Assembly (NCBI GenBank): GCA_963664405.1
Contig: OY761158.1
Coordinates: 224,001 to 288,000 of the forward strand
DNA from: Thermoanaerobaculia bacterium
Lineage (GTDB): Bacteria > Acidobacteriota > Thermoanaerobaculia > Multivoradales > Multivoraceae
Length of the DNA: 64,000 nucleotides
Reading direction: 5' to 3'
Part shown: piece by piece, positions 38,220 to 46,820 of the stretch
Numbering within the stretch: position 1 is the stretch's first letter
How the letters are laid out: each line of letters begins with the position of its first letter
Program-made: the position numbers and the translations under genes
The notes under the pieces: generated by a model
What the model saw: only the letters and a program-made list of their open reading frames with translations
Told to the model about the DNA's origin: nothing
Database searches by the model: none

Positions 38220-40187
38220 ATGTCTAGACATTGCCTCGTCGTCGTATGCGTCATGCTCATTTCGGCTGTCGATTTTCTGGCCGCGGCCCCCCAGCACCCC
38301 CTCGATCACCTGACGGCTGCGGAGCACTGGGCCGCCTACGAGATCCTGCAGAAGTCGGACCGCACCGACTCCGAGATGGTGATCGCCTATGTCGGTTTGC
38401 ACGAGCCGCCGAAAGCCGAGGTGCTCGCGTGGCGGAAAGGTGCAACGTTTCGGCGCCAAGCCCTGGTGCACCTGGTGCAGAACGAAGCAGGGTACGAGGC
38501 GGTGCTCGATCTGCAAGCGGGCACGATCCTCGATTGGCGCGACACGCCGGGTCGGAACTACATGCGACTTTCCGGCGAGGATGGAGCCATGACGGAGCTG
38601 CTCCTCGAGCACGACGACATCAAGGCGGCCTTCGAGCGCCGTGGCGTCGCGGACCTCAAACACGTCTATTGCTGGGTGATCAACGAGGGCTACTTCGACC
38701 AGCCGGAAGAGCGAGGCAACCGGGTCGCGCGGGCGGTCTGTGGCAACGGGCGCGGACGGTTCAGGGCGTTTGGCAGCCGATACGAGGGGCTGGTCGCTAT
38801 CGTTGATCTCCGTAGCAAGACGATCCTACGTGTGCTCGACTTCGATCCGATTCCTCTCGCACCGGACAACGGCGAATACGGCCCCGATGCTGTTGGCCCG
38901 GTCCGTGACATAGAGACGCCCATCGCGGTCGTGCAGCCGATGGGGCCTTCCTTCACGCTCGACGGTCAGTCCGTGAGTTGGCAAAACTGGCGGTTCCAAT
39001 TCCGCGTCGACCCGCGTCGAGGAATCGTCGTGTCTCTGGTGCGCTGGGTTAACGGCGAAAGCACACGCATGATCGCCTACCAGGCGTCGATCTCGGAGCT
39101 GTTCGTTCCCTACTCCAGCCCCGAGGAACCGTGGTTGTATCAGTCCTACTTCGATCTCGGCAGCTACGCCAACGTCTTTGGCGGGGTGGCCACCTCGCTC
39201 GAGCGCGGATCGGATTGCCCAGACCACGCGACCTTCTTCGACGCCGTCGTGAGCACCGAGTCGGGCCGGCCGACGCCGACCCCGCGGGCCGCGTGTCTCT
39301 TCGAGCGCGTCACCGGGGACCCTGCCTGGCGCCATACGGGTGATGGCGTGGTGGAGTCACGCGTCCGGCGTGACCTGGTTCTGCGGATGTTCGTTACGGC
39401 GGGCAACTACGACTATCTGTTCGATTACGTCTTCATGCAGGACGGCACGCTACGAGTGCGCGTGGGCGCGACAGGTATGGATCAAGTGCGCACCGTGAAG
39501 GCGGCCGATGCGACGGAGGCTCGGAGGATAGCGCCGGGCGAGGACCTCCACGGCCGCTTCATCGCGCCCCACCTCGTCGGCGTCAATCACAGCCATTTCT
39601 TTTCGTTCCGGCTGGATCTCGACGTCGACGGGAGCTCGAACTCGTTGGCGGTGGACCGCCTGGTGACCGAGCGCATGCCGAAAGGCGGCCCGAGAACGAG
39701 CTTGTGGAACTACCAGACGGCCATCGCCAAGAATGAGAGTGACGCCAAGCGACGGTCCACAATCGAGAGACCCGAGGTCTGGCGAATCATCAACCCCGAA
39801 AAGGCGGGACCCTACGGGGACCCGGTTGGTTATGAGATCGCCGGCGGCCATCAAGCCGTCACCTTGTTGTCCGAAGACGACTTCGTCCGTCGCCGCGCCG
39901 GCTTCACCGAGCACACGCTGTGGGTCACACCGTTCGAGTCCACCGAGTTGTTCGCGGCGGGCGATTACCCCACGGCGCATGCCCCTGGCCAGGGGTTGCC
40001 GGGATGGACCGCGGCGAACCGGGCGATCGCCGGCCAGGACATCGTGGCCTGGTACACGGTTGGCTTTCATCACATCCCGCGGCCCGAGGACTGGCCCTTG
40101 ATGCCGGTTGCGTGGCATAGCTTCGAGCTGCGACCGGTGGGATTCTTCAAACGGAATCCAGCGTTGGACATTCCGAAGGAACACTAG
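38220..40187 (+). CDS. tynA: Periplasmic copper-containing (TPQ) amine oxidase
   Basis: Signal peptide, HPLDHLT, catalytic Asp in YFDLG, GNYDY (TPQ precursor), NHSHFF and GFHHIPRPEDWP Cu ligands; RBS AGGAGG. Confidence 0.93.
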   Translation: MSRHCLVVVCVMLISAVDFLAAAPQHPLDHLTAAEHWAAYEILQKSDRTDSEMVIAYVGLHEPPKAEVLAWRKGATFRRQALVHLVQNEAGYEAVLDLQAGTILDWRDTPGRNYMRLSGEDGAMTELLLEHDDIKAAFERRGVADLKHVYCWVINEGYFDQPEERGNRVARAVCGNGRGRFRAFGSRYEGLVAIVDLRSKTILRVLDFDPIPLAPDNGEYGPDAVGPVRDIETPIAVVQPMGPSFTLDGQSVSWQNWRFQFRVDPRRGIVVSLVRWVNGESTRMIAYQASISELFVPYSSPEEPWLYQSYFDLGSYANVFGGVATSLERGSDCPDHATFFDAVVSTESGRPTPTPRAACLFERVTGDPAWRHTGDGVVESRVRRDLVLRMFVTAGNYDYLFDYVFMQDGTLRVRVGATGMDQVRTVKAADATEARRIAPGEDLHGRFIAPHLVGVNHSHFFSFRLDLDVDGSSNSLAVDRLVTERMPKGGPRTSLWNYQTAIAKNESDAKRRSTIERPEVWRIINPEKAGPYGDPVGYEIAGGHQAVTLLSEDDFVRRRAGFTEHTLWVTPFESTELFAAGDYPTAHAPGQGLPGWTAANRAIAGQDIVAWYTVGFHHIPRPEDWPLMPVAWHSFELRPVGFFKRNPALDIPKEH

Positions 40188-40319
40188 GGCCGGCCGTCCA
40201 GGGCACCCCACCTCACCGCGTGCTCGTCGCTCGGCTCCTCCGACGTACGCCAAAGTACGCCTACGTCGCCTCGCTCCTGTGCCGCGGCGATCTGGGGCAC
40301 CCTGAACGGCCGGCACGAG
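40184..40319 (-). repeat. CTAG-bounded foldback element (copy C, opposite orientation)
   Basis: Arms GCCGGCCGTCCAGGGCACCCCA and TGGGGCACCCTGAACGGCCGGC. Minus-strand apex is GGCGTAC-TTTGGC-GTACGTCGGAGGAG. Starts at the CTAG holding the tynA stop. Confidence 0.75.
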
Positions 40320-40376
40320 CTCGCTTCGAGAAAAGACTTGATTCAATACGTCACGAATGTGAACTATTGGAGATAC

Positions 40377-40542
40377 CTAGTGTTGTGTCTCCGACATGGC
40401 TTGCCAAGAGCTCGAGGTCATTTTGTTCGCTGTCAAGGAGCGACGAGGCAGGCATATTGGGAATATGTCGACGAGTCGCAACGACGGCAGCGGGCAAAAG
40501 GGGCCGAGATATTGGTAAGCCATGTCGGAGACACGGCACTAG
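40377..40542 (+). repeat. CTAG-bounded foldback element (copy A')
   Basis: Arms CTAGTGTTGTGTCTCCGACATGGCTTGCCAA and TTGGTAAGCCATGTCGGAGACACGGCACTAG. Core shared with 16320-16498. Confidence 0.88.
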
Positions 40543-40705
40543 TACATGCGGCCACAAGTACGGTTACGTTTCGAACGACGGTGCGCCTCGCCAGCAAGGC
40601 GCGCGACTGAGGCGCACCTGGGAGTACGTCGCAGGGAGCGTAACGCCGCTGGAGAGGATGCAGCGTCGTTCCAAACGTGTCCGTATTTGTGGCCGCATGT
40701 ACTAG
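40539..40705 (+). repeat. CTAG-bounded foldback element (copy B), sharing one CTAG with A'
   Basis: Arms CTAGTACATGCGGCCACAAGTACGG...GAACGACG and CGTCGTTC...CCGTATTTGTGGCCGCATGTACTAG. Confidence 0.88.
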
Positions 40706-40742
40706 CCATGGGGGCCGAGCACTTCGATGCGAATCCGAAGGG

Positions 40743-40980
40743 CTACGCCCGCAGGGACCTAATCTCGAGGAAGCCCGCAGCCGCGAAGTCGCCGTCGTAG
40801 GCGAGAGCCTCGGTGACGCGCAGACCCTCCATGAGAGCAAAGCTGGTCGCATCGACGAACTCTCCAGCGAGTCGAGGAAACCAACCGCAGAGCGATGATC
40901 CGCCTTTCTCCGTAGGTACGTCCACGTTTCACTGCGAACGTGGTTGCTGGTAATGAAAACGGAGCGCTCTCTTTGCCGGA
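40743..40980 (-). pseudogene. vapC PIN toxin pseudogene, 3' part
   Basis: RQRERSVFITSNHVRSETWTYLRRK, then frameshifted FVDATSFALM...ALAYDGDFAAAGF. Cut at 40980 by the transposon. Confidence 0.8.
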
Positions 40981-41013
40981 TGAGAGTGATCACGGTAATC
41001 GATGGCGGGCTGA

Positions 41014-41361
41014 TCACAGTAAATGATGGTCTGGGTCTTGGCTGCTGTCGCGGATGAGAGTTTCAAGGTACCGGAGGTAGCCGTTATCGAGGGGTCTATC
41101 GCGAATCTCTCGGATGACGGGGAGGAAGTAGTGGAGACTCTGGATGGGGGTTGTGGTGTGTGCCTCGTTGCATCTCCTGGCGGCGACGAGTAGTAAGGCC
41201 GCATTGATGGTGTTGACGGTAACGCCGTTTCGATAGAGGTCTGCGGCGAGGCGGCGATCGGCGTTTCTGACTCGTCCGGTGGTTTGGGGATGTCGTCGAT
41301 AGAGCTCGAGGACGCTCTGGAGGTGCCGTCGTTGTTGCTGGGCGGATGGGGAGTCAGGCAC
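41014..41361 (-). CDS. Transposon accessory protein of unknown function
   Basis: 115 aa, overlaps the ATPase stop, ends inside the terminal repeat region. Confidence 0.7.
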   Translation of the reverse strand: MPDSPSAQQQRRHLQSVLELYRRHPQTTGRVRNADRRLAADLYRNGVTVNTINAALLLVAARRCNEAHTTTPIQSLHYFLPVIREIRDRPLDNGYLRYLETLIRDSSQDPDHHLL

Positions 41362-42196
41362 GGGCTTTCCTGGGAGAGCGCTGGGAGGTAGGTGGCGAGA
41401 AGACCTCGAGGTAGAGCTTCTGATCGATGTTGGGTAGCTCTTCTTTGGCGGCCATGGCGAGGAGCTCGTTGGCCATGTGTGCGAGTACTCTGAGGTTTCC
41501 GGCGGCGTGCTCGGCGAGAGTGGTGATGACCTCGTGGTCGAGGAGACTGGGGTTTCCGGCTTGTGTCAGGGAGTGCTGGAGCCATTCGGCCAACGTCTCT
41601 GGGGGCAGGTAGTCGAGGAGGAGGCGTACGCGGATGCGGCTGGCGACGGGTAGGAAATCGTCTCGTCGGAAGAGCTGTGTGAGTCGGGAGTCGCCGCACA
41701 GGACGACGGTGAGGATGGAGCGTGAGTCGAAGTCCGCAGAGGCGAGGATGCGCAGTTCGGCCAGCACGTTGGCGGCGAGCTCCTGGGCTTCGTCGATCAA
41801 GAGTACGGGTCTTTGATGGGTGGCATCGACATGGGAGAGCCAGGTCTGTCGGAGGGCTTTGAATCCGGCCCATCGGTTGTGTGGATTGAGCGGGACCCCG
41901 AAGAGCTGTCCGAGCTCACGGTAAAAGTCGGCGAGACTGCTCTGTGGCCGCGTGAGGACTCCGGTGCGCACGTCGGGCAGGTGTTGAAGGTGGTGAGCGA
42001 GGGTGCGTAGAGCGACCGACTTGCCGGTGCCGGGATCACCGGAGATCAATGCGAAGCCACCGTCGTGGACGAGGGTCTCCAGGCGCCAGCAGAAGTGGTC
42101 GAGATGCGGGTGTCGCCACAGCGCTTCGACGGGGATGTTGGGGGTAAAGGGGTTCCACTTAAGTCCGAAGAGTGCCAGTAGTTTCTGGTTGTTCAC
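41354..42196 (-). CDS. ExeA/TniB/IstB-like AAA ATPase
   Basis: FGLKWNPF, Walker A GDPGTGKS, Walker B LLIDEAQ; GTGA overlap with the transposase stop. Confidence 0.9.
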   Translation of the reverse strand: MNNQKLLALFGLKWNPFTPNIPVEALWRHPHLDHFCWRLETLVHDGGFALISGDPGTGKSVALRTLAHHLQHLPDVRTGVLTRPQSSLADFYRELGQLFGVPLNPHNRWAGFKALRQTWLSHVDATHQRPVLLIDEAQELAANVLAELRILASADFDSRSILTVVLCGDSRLTQLFRRDDFLPVASRIRVRLLLDYLPPETLAEWLQHSLTQAGNPSLLDHEVITTLAEHAAGNLRVLAHMANELLAMAAKEELPNIDQKLYLEVFSPPTSQRSPRKARA

Positions 42197-43617
42197 GGTG
42201 TCTCCTTTTTGAGGTAGGCGGGCGGGAGCCCGGTGGCGGCGTACTCCGCCATGTGTTTGCGGAGTAGGGGTGCGATGCCAGGCTCCGGGCCTGTCGGCTC
42301 GTCGGTGCTCTGGGGTTGGATCGGGCGGCGGATGCCGGAAGCGTTTCTTGCCTTGTCGAGGGGATAGAGGCGCTCGAGTGGGACGTCGGAGCTTTCGTCG
42401 ACCATGAAGACGGAGCTTTTCTCCCAGCTCTGGTATCGCACCGAGATCCGGTTGAGATGATGGAAACGAGAGGGGATCTCGAAACGGGTGCCGTCGAGGC
42501 TGATGGTGCCGTCGCTTTGGCGCTGGGTGCGCTTTCGAGCGGCGGTGAAGGCGAAGCGCAGCTCGTCCAGGCTGGGGCAGATCCGAGAGACGGAGGGACC
42601 CTCGAGAAAGCGGTCGAGCGGCGTCTGGCCGGTCTCGGAATGGACGCTGCGGTGATACTCCATCTCCACCCAAGCCAGCGTCGCCTCATTGAGCAATGCC
42701 AGATTGAGATCCGCGTGTCCTTCGAGCATGGCGAGGAGGCGGGATTCGACTTGAGAAAAGAAGTTTTCTTGTTTCCCGTTTTGATAGGGGCTCCGGGGCA
42801 ATGTGGTGCGATGGACGACGGAGAGGCGTAGGAGCCCCTCGGTGGTCTCGTCGGCGATCATGGCGCTGCCGTTATCGGTGAGCAGTGAGCGGCACAGTCC
42901 GCGTTTGATGAAGGCTTGGATCAGAGCGTGGATCAGACACTCGGCGGTCTCGTGCAGATACCACTGCAGATGGCAGGTGAGCCGGGAGTGATCGTCGAGA
43001 ATCGCCAGCAGCATCGGTACTTCCCAGGTCCCTGCGGAGCTCGGGATCTTGCGCGAGCCGTGGTGGAAGTCGAGGTGCCAGAGCCCGTTGACGTACTCGG
43101 CTTCGTAGCTGCGCTTCTCGCGCGCAGGGGCACCGGAGGCAGTGCTGCGATCCTTTCCCTTCGTGCGTCGTTGTTTGGGCCAACCGTGCGCGATCATGAA
43201 GCGGCGCAGGGTGGAGTAGGAAGGCACCTTCCCTGGCTCCGGTCGCTCTTTTAGCACCACGTCCAGATTGTCCCAATGGAGCTGATAGCTCCACGTCGGG
43301 TGGGCCTTGTACTGCGTGTGGATCAGCTCGGCGATCCGGGTTGGGATGGCGCGCGCTTGGCCGCTGTCGCTTCTCGATCGGCGTTGTAGCGCCCCGATCG
43401 GATCGCGACCGGCCAGGGCCGTGTAGTACCAACGCTCAATCGTCGAGCGGGCAAAGTACACCGCCTTCTCCGTGATCGGATGGCGCCAGGCCTTCTGGGA
43501 GAGTCGAGACAATTCCACCTGCAGATGTCCCGGTGCGGGAGGCGCAGCCAACAGCTCACCCACCACACTGAAGCGAAACTGCGCCCAGCGTTGTTGCGTC
43601 GAGGCTCGATGGCTCAT
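42193..43617 (-). CDS. DDE integrase/transposase with Mu-like C-terminal domain
   Basis: N-terminal HTH; WHLDFHH, LTDNGSA and NGKQENFF (D-D-E); DGTISLDGTRFEIP. Confidence 0.93.
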   Translation of the reverse strand: MSHRASTQQRWAQFRFSVVGELLAAPPAPGHLQVELSRLSQKAWRHPITEKAVYFARSTIERWYYTALAGRDPIGALQRRSRSDSGQARAIPTRIAELIHTQYKAHPTWSYQLHWDNLDVVLKERPEPGKVPSYSTLRRFMIAHGWPKQRRTKGKDRSTASGAPAREKRSYEAEYVNGLWHLDFHHGSRKIPSSAGTWEVPMLLAILDDHSRLTCHLQWYLHETAECLIHALIQAFIKRGLCRSLLTDNGSAMIADETTEGLLRLSVVHRTTLPRSPYQNGKQENFFSQVESRLLAMLEGHADLNLALLNEATLAWVEMEYHRSVHSETGQTPLDRFLEGPSVSRICPSLDELRFAFTAARKRTQRQSDGTISLDGTRFEIPSRFHHLNRISVRYQSWEKSSVFMVDESSDVPLERLYPLDKARNASGIRRPIQPQSTDEPTGPEPGIAPLLRKHMAEYAATGLPPAYLKKETP

Positions 43618-43723
43618 CTCCCTCTCCTGGGCGCCGATTCCTTCAATCGGCGGCGAGAACAGAGACCTTAAGGCCCGCTTCTCGGCGAGTCGAGACGCAT
43701 CTTCTGCGGGTTTCCGGCGACCC

Positions 43724-44290
43724 TCACACAGCTAGCACAGAGGGCCCGACCAATAGGGCGCGAATCACCGCCAGCACCCTCTCGCCTGCCGGCGACAATT
43801 GACGAAAGACTAGGAGCAGAGAGCCCGGCAAGTCTTGCCGCTGGATCGGCTCGGCATGAAAGCCTTGAAAGCGAGTCATGACCGGGCTGAGACCGAAGTC
43901 CTCTCGCCACCATCTCTGCCATCGGCGCACCGTACGTGCGCTCACCTGAAACAATTCCTGTAGACGATGCAGCCGCTCTCCCTTGGCCCCTTCCCGCAGC
44001 ACTGGGACCAGAAGTACCAACACGCTGAAGTACACCTTCCGGCCCAGAAAACGAAAGGACGCAGGCGTCTGACGACGACGGCACCCCTCCACCGAGCAGC
44101 AATAGCTCAGCCGCAACGAGGTCCTTCTGCGCAGCTCCTCGGGCCCTCCGCGAGGCTTACGTGGATAGTGAGCCTGGTGCAAACGCCCACCGCATTCGCA
44201 GCCTAGGGCGCGAGTCTTCTCCGCTAGATCCTCGTCGAGTCGCAGCAGTAGATCGTAGAAACTGGCATCCTGAAGCAGGGTCTGGTACAA
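43724..44290 (-). CDS. Transposon-associated Cys-rich/HTH protein (DUF6431-like)
   Basis: TTG start with AAAGGAG RBS; CECGG...YPRKPRG...CCSVEGCRRR; VSARTVRRW HTH. Confidence 0.75.
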   Translation of the reverse strand: MYQTLLQDASFYDLLLRLDEDLAEKTRALGCECGGRLHQAHYPRKPRGGPEELRRRTSLRLSYCCSVEGCRRRQTPASFRFLGRKVYFSVLVLLVPVLREGAKGERLHRLQELFQVSARTVRRWQRWWREDFGLSPVMTRFQGFHAEPIQRQDLPGSLLLVFRQLSPAGERVLAVIRALLVGPSVLAV

Positions 44291-44535
44291 GAGGGCTGTC
44301 TCCTTTCGGCCTTTCGTTTTTAAATTCAACGAAAGAAGACACGCCCTCCGAGGGGACGTCAACCCCCGGAGGGCACCTCACTCCCCCCCCACAACAACGG
44401 CGCGCCCGGTGGCCGCGGATGATGCCGGCTCTTTTGCCCGCTTTGATCACGCTATCCGAGGGACCAGTACGCTCTTCCCTCGACTACCGTGACTAGAACA
44501 GAGGCGAATCCCATCAACTACCCTGATCACTCTCA

Positions 44536-44590
44536 CCGGAGCAGCGCAGCAGCATCTTGATGATGCCGGTCCCTCCTCCCAGAATGAACT
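44536..44590 (-). pseudogene. vapC pseudogene, 5' part
   Basis: RRDRHHQDAAALLR joins in frame to QRERSVFITSNH once the element and one CCGGA are removed. Upstream SFW is out of frame. Confidence 0.7.
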
Positions 44591-44662
44591 TGGCGACGGG
44601 GCGCGCCGCATGAAAGAGTGGCTACCGGAGGGCTTCGAGGAGTCCGAATGAGTTAGCGGACC

Positions 44663-45151
44663 ATGTCGAAAGCCGGCGACTACACACGATTGAGCGAGGG
44701 CCACTCCGTGACGGTGTCGGTTCGACGAGCGACCCCGGCGGACGAGGGGGCAGCACTCGAGCTGATGGCCCAGCTTCAGCGCTTCGCCGATAACGGACAG
44801 GATTCAGGGCAAGAGGCGACGTGGCGCGCGGGCTTTCGCCAGGTTCTCGGACAGCGCGAGCGAGCCACCGCGCTCGTGGCCACCGACGACTCGAGGCTCC
44901 TCGGTCTCATCACGATCTCCTTCAACCTCGCGATGCGCTACGGGGGCCTCTACGCTCAGATCGAGGAGCTGATCGTGCACGAGCGTGTCCGCGGCCAGCA
45001 CCTTGGAAGCCTTCTGGTGAACGCGGGGATCGAGGCCAGCCGCGAGATCGGCTGCCGCGAGATCGGTCTCTACGCCCTGGAGCGCAACCGCCCCTTCTAC
45101 GAGAAGCTCGGCTTCGAGTACGCCGGGCCGGAGCTGCGCCAGGCGCTCTAG
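44663..45151 (+). CDS. GNAT family N-acetyltransferase; start may be GTG 44708
   Basis: VRRATPAD, IEELIVHERVRGQHLGSLL, FYEKLGF. Confidence 0.88.
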   Translation: MSKAGDYTRLSEGHSVTVSVRRATPADEGAALELMAQLQRFADNGQDSGQEATWRAGFRQVLGQRERATALVATDDSRLLGLITISFNLAMRYGGLYAQIEELIVHERVRGQHLGSLLVNAGIEASREIGCREIGLYALERNRPFYEKLGFEYAGPELRQAL

Positions 45152-45327
45152 ACGCTAGCGGGCCGACGCAGCGGGGCATGGAGCCCCCCGCAGCAGCCTT
45201 CGGCTGCGTCTCCATGAGCCTCATTAGTGGATACCGCTAAGCGGCAAACCTCAAGGCATCTGTGACCTGCCAAGCGAGGACTTTGAAATATTCTGGTGGT
45301 ACTTATGGCACCCGAAGCTGCTGTAGC

Positions 45328-45373
45328 GATATCGTTTTCCGATATTGAAGATGCTATGACATTCCGATATCAT
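45328..45373. promoter_or_regulatory. Putative hicAB operator region
   Basis: TTCCGATAT repeated at 45337 and 45362 with GATATC half-sites, just upstream of the AAGGAG RBS. Confidence 0.45.
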
Positions 45374-45383
45374 CATCAAGGAG

Positions 45384-45638
45384 ATGACGGGCCGCCACCA
45401 ACGAACGGTCGAGGCCATCTTCGCGACACCCACGCGGGGCAATATCGCGTGGAAGGATTGCGAAGCGTTGCTCCGGGCCTTGGGCGGAAACGTGCGGGAG
45501 GGTTCCGGGTCTCGGGTGCGCGTAACCCTTTCGGGCGTGCGCGCCACCTTCCATAGACCGCACCCCCAGAAAGAAGCGCGGAAGGCGCAGGTGCGGTCGC
45601 TTCGTGACTTTCTGAGAGAGGCGGGAATCGAGCCATGA
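45384..45638 (+). CDS. hicA: HicA-family toxin
   Basis: IAWKDCEALLRALG...EGSGSRVR...FHRPHPQKE. Confidence 0.9.
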   Translation: MTGRHQRTVEAIFATPTRGNIAWKDCEALLRALGGNVREGSGSRVRVTLSGVRATFHRPHPQKEARKAQVRSLRDFLREAGIEP

Positions 45639-45967
45639 TGCGACACAAGGGATATGTGGGAAAGGTGACCGACTTCGACGACGGCTTCTTTCACGGCCGG
45701 ATCGTCAACATTCGCGACGTCGTAACCTTCGAAGGCACGACGGCCGCGGAAGTCGAGACGTCGTTTCGGGATTCGGTCGAGGATTATCTCGCCATGTGCG
45801 AGGAGGAAGGCGCCGAGCCGCTTCGGCCGTTCTCGGGGAAGTATCTCCTTCGCCTCGATCCCGATCTACATCGCCGACTGCATTTGGCCGCGCAACTGAA
45901 AGAGAAGAGCATCAACGCCCTTGTCGTCGAAGCGATCGAGTCGGAGCTCGAAAGGAGCGAGCTCTAA
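45635..45967 (+). CDS. hicB: HicB-family antitoxin
   Basis: HKGYVGKV...FHGRIVNIRDVVTFEG...FSGKYLLRLDPDLHRRL; ATGA overlap with hicA. Confidence 0.92.
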   Translation: MMRHKGYVGKVTDFDDGFFHGRIVNIRDVVTFEGTTAAEVETSFRDSVEDYLAMCEEEGAEPLRPFSGKYLLRLDPDLHRRLHLAAQLKEKSINALVVEAIESELERSEL

Positions 45968-46051
45968 TAGCCGCCATCGGAGCCTACCGATTGCCGGAAC
46001 CTTTCGGGCTCGGCGCTGATGATCGGCGGCCGTGTCTACATGGTGGGCGAT

Positions 46052-46681
46052 TCAGCTGGAGCCCGAGAAGCGCCTGACGCAGCAGCCCACTTCCGAGGCA
46101 TCCTGAGGGCTCGCTCCCTCTTCGACCAATCCCCGCTCGGACACCATGTCTCTCACCTGCCTATCGATCCAGCTCGACGTCACCTCGAAGCCCCGATCGC
46201 GATATGCGGAGACCGGGAGTCCGCCCATGAAGGTCATCACCGATCGCGCTGCCGGTGTCGCCTTGGCGACGACGGCGTCGTATCCCTGTTGCTCCGCCCA
46301 TTCCAGGAAGTAGTCGAGCAGCCCGAAGCCGATGCCGCGACCGAAGTAGCTCGCGTCGCGCTCGGCGGAATCGTCGGTCTGTCCGACGTGGTAGCAGAAG
46401 ATGGCGAGCGCGTTGCGGCCCAGATCCGGCGCGCGCACGCCGAAGTCGCCCCAATAGGCGGGCTCTGCCGCTCCGGTGGGCGAGCGCAGCTCGCGGTCGT
46501 AACGACGGAACTGCAACTGCCCGACGTGCTGCGTGCCGTTGAAGGCGAGGATTGCGCTCGCGCCGAGGTCCTCGATGCGCGCGGCAACCTCGCTCGCCTC
46601 TCCTTGGCAGCCGATGGGGTAGCGACCGACGTCGCCGCCGACCATGGGCCTGAACTCGATGGTGTCGCTCGAAGTACTCAT
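46052..46681 (-). CDS. GNAT-fold protein
   Basis: IFCYHV...YFGRGIGFGLLDYFLEWAEQQGY, YRDRGF. Confidence 0.7.
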   Translation of the reverse strand: MSTSSDTIEFRPMVGGDVGRYPIGCQGEASEVAARIEDLGASAILAFNGTQHVGQLQFRRYDRELRSPTGAAEPAYWGDFGVRAPDLGRNALAIFCYHVGQTDDSAERDASYFGRGIGFGLLDYFLEWAEQQGYDAVVAKATPAARSVMTFMGGLPVSAYRDRGFEVTSSWIDRQVRDMVSERGLVEEGASPQDASEVGCCVRRFSGSS

Positions 46682-46820
46682 GCGAAGCCCTCCCGTCGCT
46701 GGTTGCCGAAAAGTGTCTCACCCAGAATCCTCCACTGCAAGCGTCTTGGGCCTTGCTTCCTATACGCTTCGGGGAACGGCGCAGGCCGATTCTGCAACCA
46801 TCAGAAGGAGATTCGTACCC

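Larger units (their letters stand above)
40981..44535 (-). mobile_element. Complete four-gene Mu/IS21-like DDE transposon, 3555 bp
   Basis: 25-bp TIRs: TGAGAGTGATCACGGTAATCGATGG (40981-41005) versus revcomp of 44511-44535, 3 mismatches. TG...CA ends. 5-bp direct repeat CCGGA at 40976-40980 and 44536-44540. Internal repeat copies at 41011-41029 and 44477-44493. Confidence 0.93.

Noticed and set aside
40184-40705. Possible CRISPR array or tRNA cluster
   Set aside because: No constant direct repeat with unique spacers and no cloverleaf or T-loop motifs; these are long individual hairpins.
45148-45220. Hairpin after the GNAT stop (CTAG) as another foldback family member
   Set aside because: Only short stems (CATGGAG/CTCCATG, GCAGCC/GGCTGC), with no family apex or closing CTAG; at most a terminator.
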